64,000 nucleotides of DNA from Protoeuglena noctilucae (GCA_958009085.1 OY253672.1:1240001-1304000); one strand, 5' to 3'; counted from the stretch's first letter, positions 25,695 to 39,043 are shown. Notes: generated by a model from the letters alone, not told the origin. Translations and numbers: made by a program.

Positions 25695-26619
25695 ATGGGG
25701 CACAGGCCGTGTCTGCTGCTGCTGAAGGGCCATCCAGGCAGCGGCAAGAGCACCCTGGCCAAGGAACTTGCCGCCCAACTCGCCTGGCCGCTCATCGGTG
25801 AGGATGCAGCATCGGCTCGAGCGCCCCGTCTGGAGTGCCCGTCTCCGGATAACAATGCAGTGCCTTGGGCTGGCTTCCGCAGACAAAGACGACGCCAGGG
25901 ACACTCTGCACGTTCAGACAGCGCTGGCTGGGACGGGGGTGGACCTCAACGCTCTCAGGTGCGCGGCGGGATGGGCGTCTCTCGCCGGGCGTGTGACAAC
26001 GCACAGCTAATATGACAGTGCCTATCCCTCGCAGCTATGACATCATGTGGGCATATGCGAGGACGCAGTTGCGCGTGGGGCTCAGCTGTGTCGTCGACTG
26101 CCCCCTAGGTAAGGCGGTGCCCTGTTGGGAAAAGCCATGATACTGTGCAACCGCGTTAGCATGCACCTCGCCCCTCACATCTGCCCTCAGCGCGCTTCCC
26201 GCTCTTCCTGCGCGGCCGGGACCTGGCGGCGAAGTACGGCGCCACGGTGGCGGTCGTGGAGTGCCAGGCCAGGGACGTGGCGGTTTGGAAGCAGTGGTTG
26301 GGAGAACGGACGGCGGGCGGGCCTGTGGAGGCGGGGCACAAGCCGCAGACTTGGGTGAGCGGACCCTGCTGTCGCCGCTGTGCGCAGAGCTAGGCTGACG
26401 CTGTGGGTGCAGGTTGCAAGTGATGCGTGTCGTTGTGCCCTGGTGCAGGAGCAGCTGCAGGCGTTGATTGAGGGGTATCAGGGCGCAGACAGGTGGACGG
26501 ATGACATGAAGCGCTCTGTCCCGCTGTACTTGTGCGTGGACACCACCCGAGACGGCCCAGACACGTCCTTTAAGGCACTGGCGGCCGAAGTCGCGGCCGA
26601 GGTGATGCGGGCGCTGTGA
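25695..26619 (+). CDS. P-loop nucleotide kinase-like protein (AAA_33-type); spliced
   Basis: LLLLKGHPGSGKSTLA Walker A, I|DKDDARD, SYDIMW...TQLRVGLSCVVDCPL, VVECQARD and HKPQTW. Resembles an uncharacterised plant/algal kinase family. Confidence 0.85.
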
Positions 26620-26817
26620 CTTCATCAATGCGAGCTAGGACGGGGACGCTGTGGGGTGCCTGGCAATGGCGAGGTGAGCGGCCACGATACCGTGGGAAGC
26701 ACCACATAGATCGTCAAGACGTGGCAGCGCGCATGCGCTTTGTTCCAAGCCATTCAACACGCGCAGCGCTATCCTGGGCCTGTCGCCGCGCAACTCTGTT
26801 CCCACACCCGGGCATCT

Positions 26818-28839
26818 TCAGCGCAGGAGCGTGCCGAACTGCACGACCTCGGGCTCCAGCGTGTTGAGGTCGACAAGGACGAGCTGCCCTGTGCGGTCGA
26901 ACCGTGGGACCATCAACACCCGCACGCGCTGCCCCTGGGCGCCCTCGACCATCGTCGTCTGGAAGCGGGGCTGGTCTCCGGCGAAGTAGATGTGCGGGGC
27001 CTCATCGAGCACAAAGGGATCCCCGTCCAGGAAGGGGAAGCACGGGAGGGTGTCGGGGGCCGTGGGCGCGAGGTGGCCCCAGAGGAGCGTGGCGGTCATG
27101 AGGGCCAGGCCCGAGTCGATCTCCGTGTACCGCCAGAGGTCGTTGATGTTCTGCCCGCTGGTGCCCAGCACCCGCACCCCGCCCAGCGTGAACTCGTGGG
27201 GGTTGGTGGCCCGCGTGACTCCGGACGCGGGGAACCCGGCCAGCCCCGGCAGCAGGCACCGGTGCATCGGCTGCTGGGGCAAGCTCGCCGTGCAGGGGTC
27301 CCCGCGCCCCGGCATGACATCCACAGGGATGGCGGCCGCCAGCTCGGTCAGGATGCGGTCCGCCACCACCACCGGGCGGTAGTCCACCTGGACGGCTGGC
27401 CGCGCGTCGTCCCCACCCTCGGCACCGTCCCCCTCGCCTTCCTGCAACGACACGCGGGCGGCAGCAGTCGGCGATACACTAGCGTTGGAGAGGGTCGCTT
27501 GGCAACCTCCGTCGAGATCAGGAGGACTAGACTTGAATGATCGCATTACACGACGCACCTCTTCCGTACCGTTGTGCCCGTTCATGTCGACGTCCATGGC
27601 ACCGGCCCCATCAGCGGCCCCGTCATCAGCCCCGTCCGCACCACCCCCCGCCTCCGCGTCCATCTGATCCTCGAGCCTCTGCAGGAAGGCGCGGCCGTCG
27701 TGCACGGACGGCAGCGCCTCGGCGTCCGCCGCCCGGCCCCGCACGCCTTCGCGTCGCTCCGCCAGCTTGGCCGCCCCCACCACCGTGCCCCCGACGATCA
27801 CCACCCGGCACACGCGTGAGGCGCGCGCCTGGTCCTCCGGGGACCCCAGATTCCCGCTGACCCAGTCCACCAGCTGCTGCGCGAGCATCAGGTTGCTGTC
27901 CCGGGAGAGGCCCAGCCCAGAGACCAACGCCACCATGGGCGACCCCGGCACGCGAGTCAGGGGCCGCTGCGGTCCCAGACCCGGGAAGCACATGTCCTCG
28001 ACTAAAAAGGTACCGTCCCGGTCCCTCCCGCGCACGGCGCAGACCACCCCGGTGCTGAGGGCGCGGGCGGGGAGCGCCCCGGCGCGTGCGCACCCCAGCG
28101 CCATCCGCGCCCCCTCGTCCTCCAGAATCAGCGTGTCTGCCCGCGAGGCAAAGCGCACGTCCTCCACGGCCTCGCGCAGGCGCCTGCGGGGGCGCCGGAG
28201 GGCTGTTGAGGCCTGCATGAGCCATGTTCGGGACCCGCGCTGCCGGCTCTTGTCCCTCCGCACCTGTCCTTGGTGTATGTCTCGATGAGGTTGGGCCGGA
28301 GCTTGACGTTCTTGAACACCGTGCCGATGACCACGCACTCCTCGTCCTCTTTGACATGCAAAATCTTCCGAAAGGGCACCCCCGGCCACTTGGCCTGCAG
28401 GCGGCGAGGGCACGGCCACGTGTGGGTCGCCTATATCCGTCCGCCGCGTTTGCCGAGGCGCGGAAGCGAAATACCGCACTCTCACCTCCGCAGCGGCCCT
28501 CGTGCGCTTTGCCATCGCCATCAGTCGCACGAAGTACAGCTGCGCGTACTGCTTGTCGTAGTGCACCATCTGATCTTTGCTCAGGGCGAAGCGGCTGCTC
28601 TGCGGGGAGTGAAATGGATGATACGAGTCACAAGGCAGCGCTGATTGACGCAGCGGAAGCCCGCACGGGCGAAGCGCTCTGGTCTTCTCTCCCGCCCATC
28701 TCCTGACAAGCGAAGCTCTCCTGAAGCGATGACGCGCTGTCGGACTCACCATATTGGTGTATTCAACGGCGAGGCGGGTCAGAGCAGCGTCCTGGCCCTC
28801 CCCGGGGGGCCGGAGCAGCGCGTCGCTGGTGGGCGGCAT
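26818..28839 (-). CDS. POLD2: DNA polymerase delta small subunit; spliced
   Basis: QYAQLYFVRL, ECVVIGTVFKNVKLRPN, LILEDEGAR, VALVSGLGL, VDVMPGRGDP...LPQQPMHRCL, TNPHEF...GTSGQNINDL and WGHLAPTAPDTLPCFPF...DPF...PHIYFAGDQ. Confidence 0.96.
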   Translation of the reverse strand: MPPTSDALLRPPGEGQDAALTRLAVEYTNMVSPTARHRFRRASLVRRWAGEKTRALRPCGLPLRQSALPCDSYHPFHSPQSSRFALSKDQMVHYDKQYAQLYFVRLMAMAKRTRAAAEVRVRYFASAPRQTRRTDIGDPHVAVPSPPAGQVAGGALSEDFACQRGRGVRGHRHGVQERQAPAQPHRDIHQGQVRRDKSRQRGSRTWLMQASTALRRPRRRLREAVEDVRFASRADTLILEDEGARMALGCARAGALPARALSTGVVCAVRGRDRDGTFLVEDMCFPGLGPQRPLTRVPGSPMVALVSGLGLSRDSNLMLAQQLVDWVSGNLGSPEDQARASRVCRVVIVGGTVVGAAKLAERREGVRGRAADAEALPSVHDGRAFLQRLEDQMDAEAGGGADGADDGAADGAGAMDVDMNGHNGTEEVRRVMRSFKSSPPDLDGGCQATLSNASVSPTAAARVSLQEGEGDGAEGGDDARPAVQVDYRPVVVADRILTELAAAIPVDVMPGRGDPCTASLPQQPMHRCLLPGLAGFPASGVTRATNPHEFTLGGVRVLGTSGQNINDLWRYTEIDSGLALMTATLLWGHLAPTAPDTLPCFPFLDGDPFVLDEAPHIYFAGDQPRFQTTMVEGAQGQRVRVLMVPRFDRTGQLVLVDLNTLEPEVVQFGTLLR

Positions 28840-29180
28840 CCCGGGACGATGCGGGTCCTGGTCGGTGACAAATGACGGCATCAATTGCGCGACGGTTTTG
28901 GTGACACGAGGACCGACCAGCACGACGCCTGGGACTCCGACGCGTCCACCGAAGCGCCCGACCCGGGCGTGCGGCGCGCGGCACACGCTGTGCCCCCCCT
29001 TGTGTACTCCAGAGACCCAACTCCCCTCAGGCCGACTCCGGCGGTTGCGTCGCTGGGTTTTGCACAGCCCGGCAGGGGGAGGGCGCTTGGTGATGCATTC
29101 GGACGCGACCCAGGTTAACCCGCCAGTACACAGGGCTTCCCGGCCGGCGTGCCATCCGCGCCGCGCGCCCTCCCGGCCCG

Positions 29181-29229
29181 CCCTTTTCCGTCCTGGAGCG
29201 TAGTTTCGCTGAGAAGGGACGTTCTCAGT
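29181..29229 (+). promoter_or_regulatory. Putative 5'TOP/TCT-like pyrimidine tract and 5'UTR hairpin of RPL30
   Basis: CCCTTTTCC at 29181-29189; inverted repeat CTGAGAA (29209-29215) / TTCTCAG (29222-29228) ending 5 nt before the ATG. Confidence 0.45.
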
Positions 29230-29233
29230 CACC

Positions 29234-29774
29234 ATGGCGAAGGCTTCGCAGAAGGCCGCCAAGAAGGGCGCGGACTCAATCGGGTCCAAGCTCCAGCTCG
29301 TGATGAAGTCGGGCAAGTACACGCTCGGCTTCAAGACGACCCTCAAGACCCTCCGTGCGGGGAAGGCCAAGCTCGTCATCCTGGCCAACAACCTGCCGGC
29401 CCTCCGCATGTCCGAGATCGAGTACTACGCCATGCTCTCGAAGACGCAGGTCATCCACTTCGGCGGTGAGCCGCGCGGCTGCCACAGACTCGGGGGTGGC
29501 CGGGGGCGGCGCGCCCAGGCAGCCGGGGGACTAGCGCGGGCCTCTGCGGTTCGTGCGGCATCTCTGCACTCATTCGTCGCCTCTCGCGCGTGGATGCCGG
29601 CCCGAAGCTGCATGCCTTGTCCGCAAACCTCTCGAGGAGGCTCCCCCCGCCCGCCGCCGCGCAGGGAACAACAACGACCTCGGCACGTCGTGCGGTAAGC
29701 TGTACCAGGTGTCTTGCCTGGCCATCACGGACCCCGGTGACTCGGACATCATCAAGGCCACGCAGGAGGCCTAA
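29234..29774 (+). CDS. RPL30: 60S ribosomal protein L30 (eL30); 2 exons
   Basis: [39 protein letters not shown]...SEIEYYAML...[12 protein letters not shown]...[10 protein letters not shown]. Confidence 0.99.
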
Positions 29775-29993
29775 GCAGGTGCGCGGGGCTGGCCTCGCGC
29801 GCGCCCCGGCCGTGCCGCGCTCCGAGCGCCGACGTACCACGCTCGCGCACCCTTCCTGCTGCCGCAGAGGTCGAGGCGCGCGCTGGGGATGGCTCGGGCG
29901 CGCGCGGCTGCATCGCAAGGGGCGCTGCACGGGCGTGCTCGCGCGTTTGAAGTCGCGGTTGATGGCATACGATGATAACTACTACAAGGTCTT

Positions 29994-31117
<1,124 letters not shown>

Positions 31118-31551
31118 CACATGACCGGCCCCGAGGTTCGCATCCCCGCCCGCGGAAGCAAGCGCATCTCGATTTCAAGATCGACTGCTGCCAGTTGCAC
31201 AGGGGCATCCTGCGCAGGAAACAACTGAGGGCTGGAGGCCCGTCTCTGCGAGTCTGCCCATCCACAGTTCTGCATGCGCATCGCTACGCATTCCGCAGCA
31301 CCAACTGGCGCTTTGCTGGTGCACATTCTCCCGCTGCCTTCGTGAGGCATCGCAACCAGCAGCCACAGCAGTGCTTAGTCCTCGCGAACGCTAGAGCGAA
31401 CACTTTAGAGCCATCCACGCTTTGCTGGCCTGCCAAGGCGGTTGCAGGTACAGCATCGGAGCAGCGCGGATTGTGGAATGCCAGTGACGGGCGGCGGCTG
31501 CCCGCAACTCCGCGCCGACGACGCGAACCGCCTCCTTTGCCGCAGATACCG

Positions 31552-32632
31552 ATGGCATCGATGTCTCTTGCAAGCTGTTCATACCTGCCAGCGAGCGTGG
31601 GGCCCTCGCATTGGCCCACGACGGCAGCAGGGCGGTCCCTGGCGCCCCTGCGCATCCACCCCTGCCGTCGCCTGAGCACCCCGCTGCCCCGTAACCTGCA
31701 CATCGTGTCCGCGACAGGAGGGCCGTCTGTGTCTCTCAATTCCGAGAAGAAGGTGCCTATACCTGCCAACTTGGAGCATGCGTGCCGCGTGCTTGCCTCC
31801 TCCACCCTGTGCGACAAGCCTCTCTCGCGCACAGAGGATCGCCATCTTCTTATCCGGGGGCGGCTCCAACTTCAAGGCTATCCACCGGGCCACCCTGGAT
31901 GGCAGCATCCACGGCCAAGTGGTGGTGGTCATTTCCGACAAGGAGGAGTGTGGGGGCGTGGCCTATGCCAAGGCGAGGCCGCAGCCAGGGCGGCGCAGCG
32001 CACGCGCCGTCCCCTGCCGCGCGCGCGACCGTGCCCGCCCGGATGCGCCACTCGCAGGAGCACGGCATCCCCACGCACATGTACCCGGCTCGCAAGAGCG
32101 GCGTGGGCCTGACAGACGGGCAGCTCCTGGAGACCCTGCGCGACGCGCATCGCGTGGACGTGGTGGCTCTCGCGGGTTTCCTGAAGCTGGTGCCCGCGGG
32201 CGTGGTGGCGGCGTTCCAGGGGCGCATGCTCAACATCCACCCGGCGCTCCTCCCCGCGTTTGGGGGCAAGGGGCTCTACGGGATGAACGTCCACCGCGCG
32301 GTGGTCCGGTCGGGGGCTCGATTCTCAGGTCCCACGGTGCACTTCGTTGACGAGGCCTACGACACCGGCCCCATCCTTGCACAGGTGAGAGAGCAGACCA
32401 GTCCCCTGGCCTTGGAGTGCCTGAGGTTGACGCGTCCCCCTGGGAATCGACCCAAAACGCCCTGCCCCCGCAGAGGGTGGTCCCGGTCTATCCCACAGAC
32501 ACCCCCGAGCAGGTGGCGGCCCGAGTGCTCAAGGAGGAACACCTGGTGTACCCTGCAGCCCTGGCCGCGCTTTGCGGGGGGCGCGTGACATGGCGAGAGG
32601 ACGGCGTGCCAGTGCTCTGGGAGGCCCTCTGA
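31552..32632 (+). CDS. PURN: Phosphoribosylglycinamide formyltransferase (PurN/GART), plastid-type; spliced
   Basis: IAIFLSGGGSNFKAI, LAGFLKLVP, MLNIHPALLPAFGGKGLYGMNVH, SGPTVHFVDEAYDTGPILAQ and RVLKEEH. Confidence 0.97.
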
Positions 32633-32725
32633 CGCAGCACCGCGTGGAGGCGGCTTCAACCGCGCGGGACGCGGTGCGGTGGGTGTAGACGCGAGAGACG
32701 CTCAGCACCGCGACACGCGTTCGCC

Positions 32726-34060
32726 TTACGTGACGTGCGCGGGCGCCGGGGCGTTCCCGGACCGCTCGTGATACAGCTCCTCCACGCCCGCCTTCCCCGT
32801 CCCCACGGCCATGATTCTGCGGACAGTGCAGTGCAGGAGCGCTGGCTGTCACACGGGGTTGGCGTGAGGCAATGTAGCGCGCGGGCACCACAAATTCGTA
32901 CCTGATGTAACTCTTGGATTCCGTGGCGCGACTAAAGACAAACTCGACGGCCGCGTGCTCTGAGGACAGCTCGCCGTGGACGAGCTGCGGGATATAGGCC
33001 AGAACGGCGGGTCAGCGTGTGAAGTGACGGAACGGCAAGCGCGACAGGCAACACTCTGGGCCTTGAAACCATGCCAATGGACGCACAATCTCGCAAGGGC
33101 AGGTCACCTGGCCCATGACGAACGTCCCTGCTGCGGTGCGCTTGATGTTCAAGGTGATGGGCAGCCACCGATTGATGACATACGAGAACTGGGGGACACC
33201 CTTGATGGCGTCTAACGTCACTACCAGGTCGCAGGGGCTCCTGGCCTTGGCATGGCATTGCCTGCGACGGGACGCCAACAGCCGGCGTGGCCTGAGGCAC
33301 GGCCCTCCCAAGGTGTCGACGCATCAGCGAGGTGTGCAGAACGGACCTGGCGGCTTCCTCCAAGTGCGCGAGGGATGCCATGAGGCATTTGTCAAAGGCA
33401 AGCATCTGGGTGGGGCCGGAGGCACCGGCGGTCGGAGCCACGGTCGCCCTGGCGCCCGTCGCCTTGACCAGAAAGGGCAGGTTGTCCACCAGGATCAACG
33501 ACGGGACGTCGCCTTGCAGTAGGTGTATGCACGCGCAGAACTGCAGGGACGACACTCTGTCTGGTTGCTCGGGCGACCCAATGTCAGTGTCGCCCGGTGG
33601 GACAACCATCGAGAAAACACTGTATCGTCTGCGCTGCGCTGTCGCTGTCGTCACCTCAATCAGCCCGTCGGCGTCCTCGACGAATTTGATGTGGACGTGG
33701 CCCCACTCCTCGTCAGCAGGCTCGGCGTCCCTGGGCAGGACGGGCTGAGACTCTTCGAGCCTGCTCCGCGCGCTGAGGAGCAGGACTGTGCGACTCGCCT
33801 GCGAAGAGGGCGCCAGGTGTGGTCGCGACGGCCACCGCGGCACTGTTTCCTAAGCAGCGTGAGGACCGCCCCCTTGCCTGGGCGTAGCTGTAGGCCAGAT
33901 GGAAGAGGAAGGAAGTCTTGCCGCATCGATCGGGCCCCATGAGTGCGATGCGAGCGGGTCTTGGGCAAATGAGCGGCGCCGCGAGCAGGTGCGAGTGGAA
34001 CTCCCAAGACTGGGCAGTGGCCGGGCGCGCCGAGACTGCAAAGAGTTCCGCGAGCTGCAT
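32726..34060 (-). CDS. SWSAP1: RecA-like ATPase, SWSAP1-like (Shu complex-associated); spliced
   Basis: Short RAD51-paralog-like protein: LMGPDRCGKTSFLFHLA Walker A, VLLLSARSRLE, IHLLQGDVPSLILVDNL Walker B. The reconstructed exons end ...APAHVT*. Confidence 0.65.
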
Positions 34061-34448
34061 GGCGCACAATTCTGTCACAACGGAGGAGATGTGAACGTTG
34101 GCGGTCCCATCGAGATCGCAAATGGCGAAGAGGCAGGACGGCAGCGTGTCGCAGCGTGTGAAGTCCAGAAGTGCACAAGGAAAGGGTTAACGCGGGTTGT
34201 AGGGCAGTACATGCAATCTCATGCAGCAGACTTGCTGTGGCAGGGGCCGCGCGAGCAGTCGCGGAGCCTTGCTCAGCAACTCGGCACGGGGAGACCTGCG
34301 GCGACACGCCTGTGGAGTGACGCGGTCGTGGCAAGATGGCGCAAGCCGGCGTCGCCACCCTCTGCTGTTTGTTTCACTCCACGCTCTCGGCCTAGAGGAT
34401 GGCGCGGCCGGAGCTGGGGATCTGGGGCGCGGAGCATTGAGGTGGGCC

Positions 34449-36024
34449 ATGAGCCGGGCGCACGGGCTGCCCACCGTCCAGGGCATCCGGGCACATGCTC
34501 CTCCTCAGAGCTCCCGGGTGGTGACGGTGGCGGCCGCGTTGATGGCGCTAGCATTCGCGCTGGTGGGCCTGAAGCTCTACATGGGCAACAGGGATGCTGG
34601 AAGCGCGCCCACCTACCTCGCGGGGCCCGCGCCGAGCTGTCCTGCGCCGGTAGCGAGTCCCGTCGAACCGGCGGGATACTTCGACATGAGTTTCATCAAG
34701 CGCACGATGCGCAAGCCCGGCCAGAAGTTCATGGTCTTGACGGACTTCCTGCTCGAGTGCGCCGCTGCGCCGGGCTGCCTCAACCAAGGGCCAACGAAGC
34801 CCCTGGGGTACGACGAGGTCATCTACATCGTCCTGACCGGGTCGGCGAGCCAGAACGACCGCCTGCCCGCCTTGGTCCAGGACTGGGGATCCAAGGTCAA
34901 GCTTATGGGCTTCAGGTGCGGCACAGGGGCGGTTTCTGAGCGAGTGTCACGTTTCACATGTGCTTCAGCGTGCCGGGGATCGTGATGGCCTGCGGACTTG
35001 AGTGAAAGCACGGTCACTAGGTGCTGTCCCGGAAGGCCCATTGCGTGTCGGCATGGCAAAGGCTCGCGTTGCGCCGTCTGCCTCCCGCAGCGACGTGGCT
35101 GACGCGTCTCTCAAGGTCTACACGTTCCCGGAAATCCAGGGGACGCCTGGGTGGGACGAGGCGCAGCACAGGCAGCCCAAAGGCCTGCAGTGGCTGATGC
35201 GTGAGCCGCAATATTCCGAATACAAGGTCGGCGAGGCCAAGTGGTTCGTGTTCATCGACGACGATACGTGGATAAACTACCAGGCCCTGCACGGGGCGCT
35301 CGCGAGGATCAACTCCAACACGCGCCTGGCCATGGGCTACATCTGGCACCAGGTCTACAGCGACTTCGACCATTACTCGGGAGGTTCCGGTGAGCCATCG
35401 CTGCAACGGGGTTCGCGGGGACTTAAACCTGCGCAACTCGCGGCACTTGACACCGACCTCGCTGTCCTGTGCGGCAGGAATCGTGGTGTCGGCCCCAGCG
35501 GCCCAAGAGATGGCCAGGCGGCTCTACAAGGGAGGGGTGCCTCCCGCGGGTCGTGAACGGCCATGTCTGGAACGACGTGTTTCTGTCTGAGTGCATCCAC
35601 TCCATCCCAGACATGCTCGTGGTGCACAGCGAGAAGTTCCACCCGGGTGCCTGTGCCGAGATGATGGGGGCGAATCGGGTGGACCCTGCAAAGGTCCTGG
35701 ACGCATTCAGCCTGCATAAGGTGAGGCGCGCCTTGCTCCGTGCTCCGCACCCGATCCGCGCCCCGGGGGAGGCCCCCTGCAAGACACCCAGCTTCAGCGG
35801 GCTTGGCAGTGGGCGCTTTTCATTTGCGTAAAATCGCCTGTTTGCAAAGTGCCAATCGCGACCCTGGCACCGAGAAGCGGCCGCAGGTGTTCGGAAGCCG
35901 CCATGGGTTCTACACGCACGTGCAAGACACCTGGAAGGGTGGGGGTTACCCTGGCGAGTTTGGGGGCTTACCCGCGAACATGGACTGGGGCAAGTCCTTC
36001 ACGGGGGGCCAGCAGGGCAAGTGA
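34449..36024 (+). CDS. Fringe-like / GT31 glycosyltransferase, type II membrane protein; spliced
   Basis: N-terminal transmembrane segment (VTVAAALMALAFALVGL), KWFVFIDDDTWIN DxD motif, YSGGSGIVVS, NDVFLSEC and FSLHK. Confidence 0.85.
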
Positions 36025-36363
36025 AGCCTTGGGTATTGGGTCGCAGGGTAGTGGGCAGGGTGGTAGCCAGGGTGGTGGGAAGTGCGGTCGGCAGGGCTAT
36101 GGCAAGGCACGAGGCACGTCCGGGTGTTTCAAGCAGGTGGTCAAGCAAGGGAGGGTCTGTAATCGCTTGCAATGGGCATGGTGCGGCCCAGGGGTGGGCC
36201 CAGCAGGGCAGGACGAGACCCCGTCAGGGCCAGAGCATAGGGTCATAGGAGAGCAGGAGCGGCTGCAGCTACAGCCGAGGTCCGCATCTTGAAAGTCATG
36301 TCACCCTCAGGGTCGGGTGCCGAGCACATTGCAAGCTGTGGGTCTGAGCGTAACGAGGGGCCG

Positions 36364-39043
36364 TCAACCCCTGAGGGCCTCAGCGACAGTCTCTGGGTCC
36401 CAGTCGCCCTCAAACACGATGCCATTGCGCCCACACCACTCGACGAAGGACGGCAGGTCCGAGGGCGGCACCTGCCGCACCAGCGACCGTCGCAAATCCA
36501 ACGGAGCGTCCCTGCACAGCGCCATGGGCCAGTGCATCTGCAAAAGTTCACCATCCCACACACGCCCTCATGTACGCCCTCACATACACCCTCACATACG
36601 CCCTGGCACGCACCTTCATACACACGCCCTTGCACACCGCCCTCACCTGAGGGGCTTCCACTGCACGGGGTGCAGGTCCTCTGGGTCCCGGTGGGCAGGC
36701 ACGAGCCTCGAGATGACGTAACGCGTGTCTCCCTGCCCCTGCACGGCCACCTTGCACTCGGGGACCGGGAAGCGCCCCGTGCGGAGCATGTCTGCCAGAC
36801 GCAGGGCCGCCTCGTGCAGCATGGCCGCGTGGGGCGCCGCGTCTGCCTGCTGCCCGACCCAGACGAAGAGGTGCGTGCCGTGGTCGAGGACGAGCACGGA
36901 CGTGGGCAGGAGGGCGAGGTCGACGGGCGCGGAGAGGTGCCACTGGCCGTCTGGCAGCATGCGCCAGAGCTGCGGCACAACCATGGCGCTCCCGACGGAC
37001 AGGCCCGCCTGGACCATCGCGGAGTGCAGCTGCGAGTGCTCGTCCGCGTGCCCGGCGATGTTGCCCAGCAGCGGGCCGCGTTTGAGGTGGAAAACCGCGT
37101 GCAAGAAGGGCTCCAGCGCACGTGGCACGCGCCAAGACTCTGCCTGGCGCCCGAATCCCAGCAGACCGGACTTCCATCTCTGCGAGGACAAGGTGAAAGC
37201 AACAGGGCATGCTTAGCCGGGCCCGCAACCGGCGACACGTGTCGGTTGCATCTGCCCCTGGTCGCCCAGGCACGCACCTGTGGCCGCCCGTGCACCTCGC
37301 GCAGGCGCTTCACGGCCCCGTCCAACACCCGGTTCCCCGCCGCGAGGCCCTCCTCGTGCGGCCACCCCGCCTGGATCGCCGCCGCTGCGACGAGCTTTCC
37401 CAGCAACACCGAAGCCGCCGCGCCGTCGATGCTACCCTCGACCACCTGCAGCTCCCCGACGATGTCGAGTCCCAGCGTGGCCGTGCGGAACACCCGCCAG
37501 CCGCCGGGCAGCACCCACGAGGCCGTGGCTTGCACCACAGCACGGTCCCCCGCTCGAGCCTTGGCCGCCGTGGGCTCCAGGACCAGTCCCCAGCCATGCG
37601 AGGCCTCCGCGCTGGCCATCGCCGTGGCGGCGCGGCTCAGGCCGTGGCGCTTCCGGGACCCCTCCGGCAGCGGCAGGGAGGGGCCCAGGACGCGCGACAA
37701 TCCCACATTCGCCGACGTCCGCACGTCCAGCCATCCCCGCACCCCCGCGTGCCGCACCAGCGCCTCCCGTACGTTCCGCGCGAGCAGCCCGCCCAGGTCC
37801 TCGTGCAGGACCAGCGCCCCTCCCGTCAGCTGCGCCACGGGCGCCAGCAGCGGCACGTTGATGGCCCGGCTCCCTCCGCCCATCACGTCAATCGCCGTGC
37901 CGGAGCGCTGCGCCTCGGCCACCAACTCCTGGTAAAACCCCGTGGCTTCCCGGAACAGGAACCCCGCCTGGGCGTCGCCTGCCAGGAGCCCCCCGTACAC
38001 CTCGTCCGCGCCCTCGGCGGGGGCCTGCCCCGGGCCGAGCGTCCCCGGCCCGCCCAGGACGCACACGACATGGCCGGACCCGCCCCATGCCTGGCGGCCG
38101 AGGGACGCGACGAGAAGGGCAAACCTCAGCGCGGGGCCCAGGCACCGTGGTCGCATGGCCACCGGGCCGCGGTGGTTGGAGCCGCGCAGGGAGGACGCGT
38201 GCGCGAGGAGCGTCTCCCTGCACTCCTCCGCGGGGACGAGGTAGGAGGAGAGCTTGGCCCGTACACGGTCCTCAAAGGCCTTCAGGGGCATGTCGTACGG
38301 CAGCACGTCGGCCGCAGCCACGCTGGAGCTGGACAGGTCATGGATGCTGCGGGGAGAGGAATTGATCGAAGTTGGGAGATCGGGGTTGGGAGAGGCTGGC
38401 GATGGCTTAGCCGGAAACGCTCTGTTGGGTGCGACGAGGACGACGGGCACCTGATGGCGCCGCCGAAGGTGACAAGCGCGAGGCGCCAGCCCGGCATGAG
38501 GACCTCGGCGGCCTGCCGGGCGCACTCCTTGAGCCCGCCCGTGTCGACGATGTCCATCGTGGTGTCAAGGACGAGGACGACGGTGCGGCCATCCCCCTGG
38601 GCCTGGACCTCTGCGTCCGGGGGGACGACGTAGTCCACGACCGGGGCGGAGAGAGCACGGAGCACCGCGGGGTCGGCGGGGAAGGCGTTGGGGGAAGAGC
38701 ACAGAGAGCACGACCACGTCCCCGCATGCTGCGAGCGCGGGGGAGTCTGGGTCTTCGCTTACGGCGCGCATCGCCGGTGGCCCTCTGCAGCTTGCCTCGC
38801 CCCGACTCTCCAGCTCACCGGGGGTGGGCAGAGCCAGTTGATGGTGCTGCCACACGCCTTGCATCGCGGCAAGGGCGTCTCAGCCTGGGGGACCTGCCCG
38901 TAGGGGACAGCGCAGGGGCTGAAGATCGCCCCGAGAGGTACGCCCGAGTCTCCGGAGACGGTCGCGTCGGAGTGCAGGCATCGGTGCGTGGGCCTCAGGA
39001 TGCTATCGAGGACGGCCCGCGACTCGTCCGGCTCGCCCTGCAT
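36364..39043 (-). CDS. SEC23: COPII Sec23/Sec24-family protein (plant SEC23A-like); spliced
   Basis: Zn finger PRCKACGSTINWLC, trunk VVLVLDTT, GGPGTLGPG, gelsolin-like VLVLDHGTHLFVWVG, and RYVISRLVPAHRDP...SFVEW C-terminus typical of the SEC23A clade. Start uncertain. Confidence 0.88.
36557..36645. repeat. Imperfect ~12-bp tandem repeat (CACATACGCCCT-like) in the last Sec23 intron
   Basis: cacacacgccct catgtacgccct cacatacaccct cacatacgccct ggcacgcacctt ... Confidence 0.7.

Noticed and set aside
26818..29409. 863-aa ORF spanning POLD2 and running antisense into RPL30
   Set aside because: Read-through of stop-free GC-rich introns. One conserved POLD2 exon (ECVVIGTVFK) is in another frame, and the N-terminal part is just the antisense of RPL30 plus the promoter.
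36040..36100. G-rich ~12-nt periodic stretch after the Fringe-like gene
   Set aside because: Short, degenerate simple repeat in a 3'UTR region. It has no spacers or cas genes and is neither CRISPR nor a mobile element.
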